Source: an uncultured Spirochaetota bacterium
GTDB lineage: Bacteria; Spirochaetota; Brevinematia; Brevinematales; JAOACQ01
Direction of reading: 5' to 3'
NCBI GenBank assembly: GCA_963783575.1
Contig: CAWAOD010000014.1
Span: 464,002 to 528,001 of the forward strand
Length of the DNA: 64,000 nt
Position numbers and translations under genes: made by a program. Below the pieces are notes generated by a model, which was given only the letters and a program-made list of their open reading frames with translations, was not told where the DNA came from and did not search any database. Positions within the stretch are counted from its first letter, which is position 1; each line of letters begins with the position of its first letter. This document shows, piece by piece, positions 38,044-49,753 of the stretch.

Positions 38044-40125
38044 TCATCCGGAATATAAATAATCCGAAGGCAAGAAATTAATAATTCCATTTTTCAAAGG
38101 TTTATTAATATTTTTATTCAAACCCGGATCATCTTTAAGAATATTAGACGCATCATTTTTCGCAACAATGAGAAGCTTTTCATCCCTCATGTAATCTGCA
38201 ATTTTGAGTTCGGGAAGTCCGGATTGGCGGATACCGAGAATTTCACCCGGCCCGCGAAGTTTCAAATCCTCTTCGGCAATTTTGAAACCGTCGGAATTTT
38301 GGACCATGGTCTGCATTCTGAATCTGGTTTCATCCGAAGTATCTTTACCGGTAACAAGAACGCAGTAAGATTGATAAATTCCACGGCCTACTCTGCCCCT
38401 TAATTGATGTAATTGCGAAAGTCCGAAACGTTCCGCTCCTTCTATAACCATTACCGAAGCGTTTTTAATATCGATTCCTACCTCAATGACCGTTGTGGAT
38501 ACAAGAATATCAATGATTTGATTCCTGAAATCTTCCATAACACCATATTTTTCACTTGGAACCATCCTGCCATGAAGAAGCCCGATTTTATATGATGGGA
38601 AATATTTTTTTAATAACCCGGCCATTTTTATGGCATTTTCAGCTTCAATTATTTCCGATTCTTCAATCAAAGGATAAACAAAATAGGCCTGCCTGCCCTT
38701 TGATAATTCACCGGAAACAAACTTGATCATTGAAGCATATTCATTTTTTATAATCCATTTGGTAATTATCTTCCTTCTTTCTGAAGGAAGTTCATCGATT
38801 ATTGAAACATCAAGATCGCCATAAATAGTCAATGTAAGCGTTCTTGGAATAGGCGTTGCAGTCATTACAAGTATATCCGGGTTATCTCCCTTTTTGGATA
38901 GATTGATTCTCTGTTCAACACCAAATTTATGTTGTTCGTCAAAAACGATTAATTTGAGGTTTTGAAATAATACCGTTTCCTGAAGAAGAGCATGAGTACC
39001 TACTATCAGATTGATTGTACCGCTGCTTAAATCCTTACAGACCTTATCTTTTTCCGGCCCGCTCATACTGCCGGTAAGGAGCGCCGCCTTCAATCCAACT
39101 TCATTTGCCACAGAATTAATAATATTGAAGTGCTGTATGGCCAGTACTTCTGTCGGAACCATCAGTGCACTTTGATAACCGTTATCCGCGGCATATATCA
39201 TTGAAGCAAACGCAACAATTGTCTTTCCGCAGCCCACATCCCCCTGAAGCAGGCGGTGCATGGCTTTACTGCTGTTCATATCATTAACGATTTCATCTAT
39301 TACCCTGATCTGGGCCTTGGTCAATTTATAGGGCAGCCTCGCAATAAAAGTATTCAGTTTATCCTTTTTATCATAATGAAATTGTTTGTGCCTGGATTTT
39401 ATGTTCTGTTTTTTCATTGTTACAGCTATCTGGATGGCCAGAAACTCTTCGAATGCAAGCCTTATTTTAGATTTGTTAAGAACAGCTTTATCTGCAGGGA
39501 AATGAATGTTTTTCAATGCCTCTTTTTTTGAAATCAATTTATGGCTTTGAAGAATATATGATGGTAATTCATCATCAATCTTTTCAATAATTATATTCAA
39601 TCCCTTATTCATTATATTTCTTATTTCTTTGATGTAGAGATTCTCAGTAAGCTGATATACCGGCAGAATTTTTCCAAAATTCTTCGGCATTTCACCGTCT
39701 TTGAATTCCTCAAAATCAAACGCCGAAGCCTGGATCTCATTATATTTATAATTAAATTGAGCCGATACCCAGTATTTATTCCCAATTTTAAGGGCTGTTC
39801 TCAAATAATCCCTGTTAAAACCTATTAAATAAGCTCTTGTCTGCTCATCCTGAATAAGAATTTTAGGATGACGCCTGCCATTAAAATAGATGAAGTTATG
39901 CTCTATTATTCTGACGATTATTGTTACAGTTTTATTCTGAATAACGCTGTCCTGGATGGAACTTAATTGTGATCTGTCTTCATATCTGAAAGGAAAATAA
40001 TTTATCAGGTCATAAAGCGAAATTATATTAAGCCTGGTTAATAGAAACGATTGCCTTTTTGTAATTGATAAGCTTTTCACCAAAGGAATATCTTTAAATT
40101 CGTTTAAGTACATTCCGAAATCCAT
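38044..40125 (-). CDS. recG: ATP-dependent DNA helicase RecG
   Basis: RLLQGDVGCGKT, DEQH, MTATPIPRTL, QLRGRVGR, DLKLRGPGE. Confidence 0.97.
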   Translation of the reverse strand: MDFGMYLNEFKDIPLVKSLSITKRQSFLLTRLNIISLYDLINYFPFRYEDRSQLSSIQDSVIQNKTVTIIVRIIEHNFIYFNGRRHPKILIQDEQTRAYLIGFNRDYLRTALKIGNKYWVSAQFNYKYNEIQASAFDFEEFKDGEMPKNFGKILPVYQLTENLYIKEIRNIMNKGLNIIIEKIDDELPSYILQSHKLISKKEALKNIHFPADKAVLNKSKIRLAFEEFLAIQIAVTMKKQNIKSRHKQFHYDKKDKLNTFIARLPYKLTKAQIRVIDEIVNDMNSSKAMHRLLQGDVGCGKTIVAFASMIYAADNGYQSALMVPTEVLAIQHFNIINSVANEVGLKAALLTGSMSGPEKDKVCKDLSSGTINLIVGTHALLQETVLFQNLKLIVFDEQHKFGVEQRINLSKKGDNPDILVMTATPIPRTLTLTIYGDLDVSIIDELPSERRKIITKWIIKNEYASMIKFVSGELSKGRQAYFVYPLIEESEIIEAENAIKMAGLLKKYFPSYKIGLLHGRMVPSEKYGVMEDFRNQIIDILVSTTVIEVGIDIKNASVMVIEGAERFGLSQLHQLRGRVGRGIYQSYCVLVTGKDTSDETRFRMQTMVQNSDGFKIAEEDLKLRGPGEILGIRQSGLPELKIADYMRDEKLLIVAKNDASNILKDDPGLNKNINKPLKNGIINFLPSDYLYSG

Positions 40126-40230
40126 TGTTAATTATTCTATAAATTTTAATATTCAGAAATAACTTACAGAATAATATAATTGAATCATACTATTAAATAT
40201 TTAAGACATAATGTCCGCATATTCCAATTA

Positions 40231-41703
40231 TTATGCATTGCCTTTAGACATTCTGTAGCTTAGTTCTTTTTTATAGAGATCGTTATAATAATAACCCCGA
40301 TTACTAAGCTCTTCCTTAATTTTATCCGGAAACGGAACGAAACGCCAGAAAATGTACCTTGCATCCTGGCTTTCAAGTTTTTGTATACCCTCGGATTCTT
40401 TGGTTATCCAGAGGAAATAATCATTAATGAATAGCGTTTTTATGTCGCCCTTTACTTTATTGCTGCTTAGATATTCGTAATATCTTCCTGTCAATCCTTC
40501 GTCCATCCAGTGATAGCCGGCCACTTCTTTGGCTACCTGCCATCTGAAATCCCCAAGTCCTATTGTCATTGCCCATATCGGATTTTTGCAGAATATGGGA
40601 AGGGCAATTCTTCCTTTACTGGAAGCCCTGTTGTATTTATCGTACGGTTCCCAGCAGACTCCATAATTACCGTAGCCCGGGGTAAGAATGATGTATGGCG
40701 GTATTCTATGCGAATTCTGGCGGAAAGTTCTCTCAAAAATTGCGGAGTCTAAATTTTCAACATCCTTTAACCTTTTATATGCGTTATTTTTAAAATTGTA
40801 TTCATTCGTTTCCTTTGGTATAAAAGCACCCAAAAGAATAGGAAAATGATTGCCCTGTCTTCCTATGCACATTTTGGTCATCTGTCTCAGGGCATTTATT
40901 TCATTCTCGGCTGTTTTTGAATCGACGGCAAAGGTTGTTACTCCGCCCTGAACTTTTGTTTCATTAAGTTCATTTTCAAGTGTTTTAAATTCTTCATATT
41001 TATTATAATAAGCATTTTTGGCCGTACTCATGTCTTTATCTGTTTTTTTCAGATCACGGGTTGTTTCGACGAGCTCATCTATTTTGCTCAATTGATCCTC
41101 ATTATAAACTTCCGGATAACCCAAAAGAGGGTCCATCTGATGCGAACAAATCAAGTTAGATAGTGAAGAAATGGCATCTTCAAGAACTTTACGGCGTTCA
41201 ACAGCATTAAAATAATTCTTTTTTTCAATATCAAGAATACCGCCTACTTTATCTAATTTTGTTTGCTGGACCATTCCTGTATTTTCCGGTGTTTTTCGCA
41301 ATGGCTGTTCATCGGTTGTACTGGGTTTAATTTTGCCTTTCATAACTCCAAGGAGCCATTCATCAACATAAAAGATAGTATCTTCTGGGTCTTTTTCATC
41401 GAAAGGCTGAGACAGTACAAGCTTTTGTTCATCCGATGACAGGTATTTAAGATCCAATAAACCGAATCTGAGAAGCAGTCTTTTCTCCTTTGATGTATTA
41501 TCATTTATTTTTATACCGATCTGCATATATAAATTCCAGAAAGCCGATGTCAAACGGTCTTTGAAGACAACCTTTTTATCCTTATCCTGCTCTTTTTCAA
41601 ACTGATTTTTTATATTAAGCAGATTTTCAACTATCTCAGTATTTTCATCCGCAAGAACTTTTTTCAAAAAACTATCCGGAAGTGAATCATAGAGTTTGCC
41701 CAT
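40231..41703 (-). CDS. Conserved hypothetical protein with coiled-coil middle region
   Basis: Long ORF with RBS; C-terminal ILTPGYG...CWEP...GRIALP block; no function recognised. Confidence 0.7.
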   Translation of the reverse strand: MGKLYDSLPDSFLKKVLADENTEIVENLLNIKNQFEKEQDKDKKVVFKDRLTSAFWNLYMQIGIKINDNTSKEKRLLLRFGLLDLKYLSSDEQKLVLSQPFDEKDPEDTIFYVDEWLLGVMKGKIKPSTTDEQPLRKTPENTGMVQQTKLDKVGGILDIEKKNYFNAVERRKVLEDAISSLSNLICSHQMDPLLGYPEVYNEDQLSKIDELVETTRDLKKTDKDMSTAKNAYYNKYEEFKTLENELNETKVQGGVTTFAVDSKTAENEINALRQMTKMCIGRQGNHFPILLGAFIPKETNEYNFKNNAYKRLKDVENLDSAIFERTFRQNSHRIPPYIILTPGYGNYGVCWEPYDKYNRASSKGRIALPIFCKNPIWAMTIGLGDFRWQVAKEVAGYHWMDEGLTGRYYEYLSSNKVKGDIKTLFINDYFLWITKESEGIQKLESQDARYIFWRFVPFPDKIKEELSNRGYYYNDLYKKELSYRMSKGNA

Positions 41704-41889
41704 TTTTCTCTCCTTTTAACAAGCGTAGTGCTTGATCATCATAAAAAGATCGATTAAATATATTAATATCGAAATGATTCTTTATACTTTAAACTATGAG
41801 TTATTTTTATTAATATAATAAAATAACAGATGGCTTTTGTCAATGGATATATATCATGTTTATAAAATTCAATATATTTTGCGAATAGA

Positions 41890-42330
41890 CTATTTTAAAT
41901 TCTTTCTCATTTTTCTTAGAATTGTTTTATTCCCGTCACCTTCAATATAAGAATGTTCCAGTTTATCCATAAACTTTCTTATTGCGTAAATACCTAGGCC
42001 ATGATTTTTTCCGGTATCAATGTGCTCTTTTAAATCAACTTCTGGAATCTTATTAGGGTCAAAGGGTTTTCCTTTGTCAAGAATAATAATCTCAACTCCA
42101 TCCGGTATAATTCTAAATTCGATCTTAATTACTTTGCTTTGTTCAGGGATGTCAGGATCATTTTCATATGAATGCTTGATAATATTGGCAAGTACCTCAT
42201 CGATTGACATCTCAACATCCCAGATTTCTTCATCATCGAAGCGGTTTTTCCCTAAAAAAACCCGGACTGATTTTCTGACTTTACCGAGAAACCTTGTTTC
42301 ACCGGGAATAACAATTTTTTTAAATTTCAT
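41890..42330 (-). CDS. RsbW/SpoIIAB-type anti-sigma factor (HATPase_c_2)
   Basis: EVLANIIKHSY, DKGKPFDP, GLGIY. Confidence 0.9.
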   Translation of the reverse strand: MKFKKIVIPGETRFLGKVRKSVRVFLGKNRFDDEEIWDVEMSIDEVLANIIKHSYENDPDIPEQSKVIKIEFRIIPDGVEIIILDKGKPFDPNKIPEVDLKEHIDTGKNHGLGIYAIRKFMDKLEHSYIEGDGNKTILRKMRKNLK

Positions 42331-42343
42331 TAAAACAAAGAAA

Positions 42344-42685
42344 CTATTTAAATAAAGATTTAGCGGCCGTATTTGATGCGGCGATTTTTAAAACTTTTGA
42401 AAAGCCCATAGTATCAAAAACCTTTCTAATTTTATCCGTCATATTGGATAAAATGACATCCCCTCCCTTTGATTTGGCTTCATTGAATGATGCTATAAGA
42501 ACTCCCAATCCGGCAGTTGAAATATAATCCAGTTTTGAAACATCCAGAATAATTTTTTTTGATTTATCGAGTGACTCTTTCATTCTTTTATCGAATAGAG
42601 GAGCGCTGTGAGCGTCAATAGATCCCGAAACCGATAAAACACCGATATTTCCATCCAGGTTGAAAGAAAAACTAACATCTGCCAT
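42344..42685 (-). CDS. STAS-domain anti-anti-sigma factor
   Basis: GSID, LDYISTAGLGVL; adjacent to the RsbW-like gene. Confidence 0.9.
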   Translation of the reverse strand: MADVSFSFNLDGNIGVLSVSGSIDAHSAPLFDKRMKESLDKSKKIILDVSKLDYISTAGLGVLIASFNEAKSKGGDVILSNMTDKIRKVFDTMGFSKVLKIAASNTAAKSLFK

Positions 42686-42771
42686 GATTTTTACCTCCTA
42701 TATATTAGTTGCTAGTCACCGGGAATCAATCCCCAATCCAATGAGCTAGAGACTAGTGACTAGAGACCAGA

Positions 42772-44812
42772 TTATACTCGAATCGGAAGAAGAACAAAAG
42801 GAATGCCTTTATAATAAAGCTGTTCCTGTATTGAAAACACTATATTATTATGAAGCAAACTGCTGGTTATTTTTTTCAAAAAATTAGGATTGGGGAAAAC
42901 AAGCTGCCCCCCGAAAAATACTGAATTAGGGAATTTTTTAGTTATTTCCGGTATCAGCGCCAATATTTCATCTACAACATCTGTGCCCACGGCCGTATAA
43001 CTTTCAGTAAAATAACCGTATTTCCGCATAAGGTAAGAATAAGTTCTTGTACTGTTCTGAAGATTGCTTTTCAGCTTCTCAATTTCTTCCAATCCTTTAA
43101 AATTGGCAGCATCAACAATACCAATCTGGACAAAAACATAATTTTTAAATGTATCGAAACCAAGAAATTTCTGGATCCCGAAAAGGGAATGAAGCCCTAT
43201 TCCGTTATACCCGCTGACGAACAAAACCGCCGTTTTGTCTTTTAAATTAAATTTATCATTATTTTCAGGTTCATTATCAGCTGTTATTTGAGATAATTTC
43301 TCTGAATTTTCTACCGCAACCAAAAGCGTATCGAGTCTTTTTAAATCCTTATTAACCCTGGTATATTGACTTTTAACCCAAATGCTAAATAAAACGAGAA
43401 AACCTGTTATAAAAAGGGTTACCCAGCCGCCCTCACCAAACTTTATAATAATAAAAGATGTAAGAGTAACAAGACATAATATTAAACCAACTCCATTTAT
43501 TAAAAGTTTCTTGAACCATTTTTTTTCAGTTTTCCTTTTGATCCACCAATGTCTCACCATACCCAGCTGTGAGAGGTTGAAAGTAATAAATACATTTATA
43601 CTGTAAAGAATTAATAATATATCAACAGAGCCCCTTGTAATAATAAGAGTAACCAGGGCTGCCCCGCCCATAACAAGTATGCCGTATTGCGTTACCAGCC
43701 GGTCGCTTAAAAATGTAAAGCGTGATGGCATCCATTTATCAATAGCCATGTTCGATAATACACGGGGCCCGGCAAGAAATCCTCCCTGTGCAGCGACAAA
43801 TAATAAAGTGGCTTCAGAAAACAAAACTATAAATAAAATAATACTCTTAAGAGCTGCGGGCCAGGATGTCATAGCGCTTTCAAATGCAAGAGCATTTAAT
43901 GTTTTACCGATTTCAGGCTTAACATGATATAATAAATAAACTATCATAAGACCCAAAGCCATAAAACTTAAAGATACAGACATATAAAACATTGTCTTTT
44001 TTGCCGTTTGTACGCGAGGTTCTCTCAAAAGCGGCATTCCATTGCTTACCGATTCTATTCCGGTATAAGTACCGGCGCCCATACTATAAGCTTTAAGAAA
44101 TAAAGCCATCAAGCCGAAAACCCCCAGGTTCATTTCCCGCTTTTTTGACATCAGAAGCTGTAGATTGAACAATGCCGGAGAAATCCGGAAGATGGAACAA
44201 ACATGCATAAAGTATAAGAAAAACATGAGTAACAACAAAAACTGTAAAGATCGGCAGCAATACACTCACTGATTCTTTTACTCCCCGTAGATTTAATATG
44301 ATCAATAGAAGGATGCAGAAAAATGAAAAATAAATTTTATAAGGAAGCAAATTGACAGGGAAAAAACTGAATAATGCATCTGCGCCGCTTGCTATTGATA
44401 CCGATATTGTTAGAATATAGTCTACCAGTAATGCGCATCCCGATATCATGCCGACTGTTGGGGACAGTAGGTTGCTCGCGACATAATAACCGCCGCCTCC
44501 GCTGGGAAACAGTTCCACTATCTGTGAATAACTGGTGCTTATGATAAAAATTGTAATTACTATTCCAATACCGATAAATAAGCTTAAATAAGGATATTGA
44601 GTTACTATTCTGAAGGATTGTTCGGGTCCATAACAGGAAGAAGATAAAGGATCGGCTCCAAGACCGACCCAGGCAAATAATGCTACGAGGGTAAGTTTGT
44701 GAAATATAGAATGATCTTCAGGGTTTTTAGGCTTTCCAATTATAATCGATTTCAGAATTGAAAATACAGACTTTTTACTCTCATACGTCTCATCTTTGCG
44801 TGAAGCATCCAT
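42772..44812 (-). CDS. APC-superfamily permease (KimA/YdaO-like), frameshifted near 44140
   Basis: GADPLSSSCYGPE, GGGGY, LVDYILT, TGIESVSNG across two frames; one extra base in or near the T6 run 44141-44146. Confidence 0.85.
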
Positions 44813-44998
44813 TTATTTAAACTCCCATAAGAAAAATACGGCCGGTTAAAAATAATGCATTAATAAATATTAATTAAGATCAAGCTGCAAGCTTGTAAAA
44901 AAGCAGTATTAATTCTATGGATTGGTGTTCTTTTTGTCAAGACATTGAAAAGAGTTGAAAGAGGGGCAATTTTAGCTAGACAGCATCCGGTATGCTTT

Positions 44999-46006
44999 TC
45001 AAAAACCGATATTAACGCCGATCATGAAAGGAATATAGCCTTCTCTGTTTATATTTACAATTCCTATCTGAGCTCCAATTAATTTCCTGGCGGAATTGAA
45101 CAAACCGATCTGTACGCCAACAACTTCATCGGCAAAATTTACAAGGCCAACCTGTGCGCCAATGACATGACCTTTAGAGTAATTTGCAAAAGTTGCCGTC
45201 TGTAAACCATACATAATTTCTTCAGTCCTGCTATAAAATACCCCTGCTTGTAAACCCATCATTACCGAGGATCGGGTCATAATGATTCCGCTTTGTATGC
45301 CATAGATATCATCATTATAACCTGAAATGAAGTTGCATGCAATCCCTGTAATAATAAAATCTTTAGGAATAATCTGAATATTTTCCAAAATTGCTATCTG
45401 AATAGGGAAAATTTTATGGTGAAATTTTCCTGAATTTTCATTCTGGTTTTCTTCTGCCTTCGGTTTTTGTGATTGTTCCTGGGCTGCTTTTGAAGAAGAC
45501 TCTGCTGAATTATCTCGTGCAGGAGTTTCCTTAATGCCCTGATATTTCTGAACTATTTTAATGGCTATATCAGGGATTGTTTTTAAAATACCCCTAATCG
45601 AGTCAGCCGAGCCCTGCTCAATTATATCTATCACACCGGTTGACGTATCAATTACCTTAACAACCAGGATAAATTTATTGTCAATTTTTGAAATTGAGCC
45701 GGTAATAATTTTGTCCGCTTCAGCCAGCTTTCCAATGCGTGTAATTTCGCTATCGGTAACGCCGGATAACTGCAGTTTCTGTTCTTCAATGATTTTTGAA
45801 AGATATGCCCTCTCGACAATAGTAAAATATTTCTGTTTGAGCAGCTCGGTTTCCAGCATCTCGGAAAAAGTCACAGTGTCAAGGTTTTCATCATTGATCC
45901 TGGATATTATATCAAGAACTGCAATTTTAATTATCGTATCGGCAGCAAAAACCTGGCAAGACAATATTATTAAAAAAACAAAAACAAAAAGGAACAATTT
46001 CTTCAT
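44999..46006 (-). CDS. Exported protein: CsgG/HfaB-like N-domain plus GxQxG surface repeats
   Basis: IAVLD...IVER...IIEEQKLQLSG...IGKL...GSISK; C-terminal GAQVGLVN/GVQIGLFN repeats ending in F. Confidence 0.75.
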   Translation of the reverse strand: MKKLFLFVFVFLIILSCQVFAADTIIKIAVLDIISRINDENLDTVTFSEMLETELLKQKYFTIVERAYLSKIIEEQKLQLSGVTDSEITRIGKLAEADKIITGSISKIDNKFILVVKVIDTSTGVIDIIEQGSADSIRGILKTIPDIAIKIVQKYQGIKETPARDNSAESSSKAAQEQSQKPKAEENQNENSGKFHHKIFPIQIAILENIQIIPKDFIITGIACNFISGYNDDIYGIQSGIIMTRSSVMMGLQAGVFYSRTEEIMYGLQTATFANYSKGHVIGAQVGLVNFADEVVGVQIGLFNSARKLIGAQIGIVNINREGYIPFMIGVNIGF

Positions 46007-46283
46007 AAATCCATACTCCCATAATATTATACTTCTTTTATCATATCATTCTTTTTAATTATTTTCAACAAGCGTCCCGCTTGATAAATATAAAGTATTC
46101 GTAAGGAATTCTGTCAGTATTAAGTATTACGCCTGTTAAAAATAATATATGTATCCCGGCGTTGCAATATCCATAGCTAAATTCCATAATGATATTTCTC
46201 TTTACCAGCCAGCCGAAACACCACAGAATGTTCCTTATAATAATTGCTCCCATAATTTTCCTTCATTAATTTAAGAAAGGAAG

Positions 46284-48746
46284 TTACTTGGAATTTTTTA
46301 TCAAAGATAAAGCTTTTCTTACCGCGTCCACGGCATCGGAAGCATAATTGGCTCCTATACTGTCTGCAAAGTTTCTTGTTACCGCGGCGCCACCTATCAT
46401 AACCGGGTATTTCAATCCCTGTTTTTTCATAAGCTCCATAAATTCCTTCATTTTAGGCATCGTTGTTGTCATAAGCGCTGATAAACCTATAATGTCAGGT
46501 TTATATTTTACAGCCTCTTCCAATATTTTATTATTAGACACATCTTTCCCAAGATCAATCACATCCAGCCCATGATTCTTCAACATTAAAACCACAATGT
46601 TTTTCCCGATATCATGAACATCTCCTTTAACGGTTGCTATAAGAACTTTTCCCTTCGGTTCATTATTCTGCTCTCTTAAAATCGGTTCCAGAATTTTAAA
46701 AGCCTCTTTCATTGTTTCAGCCGAAAGCATAAGCTGGGGAAGGAAATAAGTCCTCTTATCATAAAGAAAGCCGACCTGGGTTATAGCGGGAATCAGATAA
46801 TCGTTAAGAATTTTGTAAGCATTTATTCCGTTATCCAGCGCGGATTTTACCCTTTCAGTAATCACCTCTTTATTCCCTTTTAAAACAGCCTGGTATAATT
46901 TATTTTCAATGGTGTCAACACCCGTATCTACAGGTACTTCAAAACTCTCCTTCTTAGTATTTTTTTCTTTAATTGACTGTGACGGTGATATATTTGGTTT
47001 CCCGGAATAAAGCCTGATATATTCCTGTGAATTTTTGTCCTTACCGAGCAGAACATCTGAAGCCCTGACAAGCCCCATCAATTCCTCATCAAACGGATTA
47101 ACGATTGCCGATGTCAGGCCATTTGCTATAGCCATTGAAAGAAAGCTCCGGTTCACATACCCTCTTGCAGGTAGACCGTAAGAAACATTGGATAAGCCGA
47201 TCGTTGTAAAAAGGCCCAGTTTTTCCCGGAATAATCTTAAAGTCTTCAGGGTTTCTGCTGCCCCATCCTGCTCAGCACTGACTGTTAAAACAAGCGGATC
47301 CGCAAGGATATTCTCTCTTGAGATACACTCTTTTTCAGCTTGCTCAATAATCTTCTGCATCAATTTAACCCTGGCTTCGGCTGTTTTTGGAATACCGTTT
47401 TCATCGATGGGCAAAGCAATAAATGCTGCACCGTATTTACGGACATCTTTTAATAAAGCAAGACGGTCTGATTCCGCCGAAATCGAATTCAAAAGCGGTT
47501 TACCCGGATAAAGCTTTATTCCGAGCCTCGCCGCCTGAGAGTTCGAAGAATCTATTGAAACCGGAATCTGAACCCCTGTTGAAAGAACTTCAATGCCTTT
47601 CGATACCAGAGCGCTTTCATCCGCGCCGGGAATTCCCATATTCATATCAAGTATTCCGGCACCGGCCTTTTCCTGGCTTAAAGCTTCTTCTTTAAAAAGC
47701 TGGTACCTGTTTTCAATAATATCCGTAGCAAGGCTTTTTCTGGCCGTCGGGTTCAATCTTTCTCCAATTACGGTAAAAGGAAAGTCAAATCCTATTTTAT
47801 GCATAATATAGCGGCTGGATATTTTTAGTGAGGCCGGTTCTACATTTTCATGCTTAAGATAAGATTTCTGTTTTAATATTGAATCCCTCATAACTTTGAT
47901 ATGCTCCGGAGTAGTTCCGCAGCAGCCGCCGATTACATTAACACCGAGTTCCGCCATTTTGACGGCTGAGATTGCAAAGCTTTCCGGTGATTCGTTAAAA
48001 ACCGTTTTCCCTTCAAAAAGTCTCGGCATGCCGGCATTAGCCTGGGCTATTATGGGAATAGAATATGAACCCTTAATTTTATCAATCACATTGAGCATAT
48101 CTTCCGGGCCAGTTCCGCAGTTAGTACCGATTATATCGACTCCAAGTCCTTCCAGAGTGGTAAAAGCAGCATCAGGCAGGCTTCCAGTCACCATCCTTCC
48201 ATCCTTCTCAAATGTAACGCTTGCTATAACGGGAAGATTGCATACCTCTCTGCAGGCAACGATTCCGGCTTTTAATTCAAGTATGTCGATATGGGTTTCA
48301 AAAATAATACAGTCTGCACCTGCTTCTGCAAGAGCCTCTATCTGTTCTTTATATATATCAGCCATTTCATCAAAACTCATACTGCCGAGAGGACTGACAA
48401 AAACTCCTGTGGGTCCGACATCGCCGGCTACAATAGCCCTGCTTCCAGCGGCTTTTTTTGCCAGTAAAACAGCAGCATTATTAATTTCCTTAATACGGTT
48501 TTCCAGTCCGTAATGCGACAGTTTTATCCGGTTTCCACCAAGGGTATTGGTGATTATCAAATCGCATCCCGCTTCAATATATTCTCTATGTATTCCTGTT
48601 ATAACATCAGGATTGGTTAAATTCCATAATTCAGGGCAGTTTCCATCCTTCAGGCCGTATTTCTGAAGAAAAACCCCCATCGCACCATCACTGAATACAA
48701 TCCCATTTTTTAACTTGTCATAAAATTCTTTCCATATCATTTTCAA
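46284..48746 (-). CDS. metH: Cobalamin-dependent methionine synthase lacking the C-terminal reactivation domain
   Basis: DGAMG, NC and GGCCGTTP (Hcy domain); IGERLNPT (pterin); GDVHDIGKN, SALMTTT (B12); ends at 820 aa. Confidence 0.92.
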   Translation of the reverse strand: MKMIWKEFYDKLKNGIVFSDGAMGVFLQKYGLKDGNCPELWNLTNPDVITGIHREYIEAGCDLIITNTLGGNRIKLSHYGLENRIKEINNAAVLLAKKAAGSRAIVAGDVGPTGVFVSPLGSMSFDEMADIYKEQIEALAEAGADCIIFETHIDILELKAGIVACREVCNLPVIASVTFEKDGRMVTGSLPDAAFTTLEGLGVDIIGTNCGTGPEDMLNVIDKIKGSYSIPIIAQANAGMPRLFEGKTVFNESPESFAISAVKMAELGVNVIGGCCGTTPEHIKVMRDSILKQKSYLKHENVEPASLKISSRYIMHKIGFDFPFTVIGERLNPTARKSLATDIIENRYQLFKEEALSQEKAGAGILDMNMGIPGADESALVSKGIEVLSTGVQIPVSIDSSNSQAARLGIKLYPGKPLLNSISAESDRLALLKDVRKYGAAFIALPIDENGIPKTAEARVKLMQKIIEQAEKECISRENILADPLVLTVSAEQDGAAETLKTLRLFREKLGLFTTIGLSNVSYGLPARGYVNRSFLSMAIANGLTSAIVNPFDEELMGLVRASDVLLGKDKNSQEYIRLYSGKPNISPSQSIKEKNTKKESFEVPVDTGVDTIENKLYQAVLKGNKEVITERVKSALDNGINAYKILNDYLIPAITQVGFLYDKRTYFLPQLMLSAETMKEAFKILEPILREQNNEPKGKVLIATVKGDVHDIGKNIVVLMLKNHGLDVIDLGKDVSNNKILEEAVKYKPDIIGLSALMTTTMPKMKEFMELMKKQGLKYPVMIGGAAVTRNFADSIGANYASDAVDAVRKALSLIKNSK

Positions 48747-49753
48747 TCTCCCAGGTCATCACTTATTTTTTTATAAACCTCGCCGCGAATTGTAGAAGTC
48801 TCATTCAATAATTGATGTTTTCCATTTGTAATAAATATTATATTAGCCTGCATAAATTTTTTTTGTAGAAAAGAAATATTATATCTCCAGTCCACCACAT
48901 TGTCTTTTGCCCCCTGGATTACTGTAATAGTTTCATCAAATTGGGGGTATGCTTCCACGTTGTCATTCCAGTTAAACAATGCTTTGACCCACTTTACCCG
49001 AATAAATTTCCCCTGCAGTGGATCATGTTCCTGAACAAAATCGATATAATTTGTATCCGAAGAAATATCGCTGGCAAAAAATATCGGAATACCTCCGATA
49101 ACCGGGCTTAAAACAGAATAAGCGAATTTTGAAAGTTCCCATTTGTCCGATCGGATAAGCGGCGATATCATTATTATTTTATCAAATAAATCCGGATTTT
49201 GATGTAAATATTCTATCAAAACCGCGCAGCCCGTGCTATGTCCTATAAAATAATACGGGCCGGTATAACGGTTAGTTATGATACTTACAAATCGCATAAA
49301 AACACGCAAATATTTTGAAAAATCATCTATTGAACACCGTTCTCCTTCTGAAAGCCCATGACCTGGCAGATCAAACATTGCGATATTAAATTTTTCACCC
49401 AGTAGATATTCAGCAATATATCCCAAATTTCCAGAATGTTCCAGATAGCCATGGAGTAGGATTATTGTGCCTTTCGCTCTTTCCGGTTTCAATACATGAG
49501 CAAAAATCTTCATCTGTCCCGAATCAAACCATCCGGAATCATGTAAAATTCCCTGAAAATTCATTCCATAATAATCCAGGTAATTCCTAAAATCATTCCG
49601 GAAAGATTCTTCGGACTGTTCCTTTTCGAAATCGGCTAAACCCTGTTCTTTTTGCAGTCTTAATACCGATGCGAGCCGATCATCATTATTTGTAATTCCA
49701 AAACTTATTGTATGGATTGAAATAATCGCCACTATTAGTAATTCCGGTTTCAT
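48743..49753 (-). CDS. Alpha/beta hydrolase (lysophospholipase-like)
   Basis: LHGYLEH, DLPGHGLS, GHSTG, DNVV, HQLLNE. Confidence 0.88.
   Translation of the reverse strand: MKPELLIVAIISIHTISFGITNNDDRLASVLRLQKEQGLADFEKEQSEESFRNDFRNYLDYYGMNFQGILHDSGWFDSGQMKIFAHVLKPERAKGTIILLHGYLEHSGNLGYIAEYLLGEKFNIAMFDLPGHGLSEGERCSIDDFSKYLRVFMRFVSIITNRYTGPYYFIGHSTGCAVLIEYLHQNPDLFDKIIMISPLIRSDKWELSKFAYSVLSPVIGGIPIFFASDISSDTNYIDFVQEHDPLQGKFIRVKWVKALFNWNDNVEAYPQFDETITVIQGAKDNVVDWRYNISFLQKKFMQANIIFITNGKHQLLNETSTIRGEVYKKISDDLGD

Noticed and set aside
38044..40125. recG as a dedicated flagellin-variation factor
   Set aside because: Adjacency is the only evidence; recG is a housekeeping helicase and there are no silent flagellin cassettes in the window.
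44813..44998. c-di-AMP (ydaO) riboswitch upstream of the KimA-like permease
   Set aside because: Leader is short and AT-rich and lacks the conserved GCUGAAUCC/GGAACC/GGGG elements.
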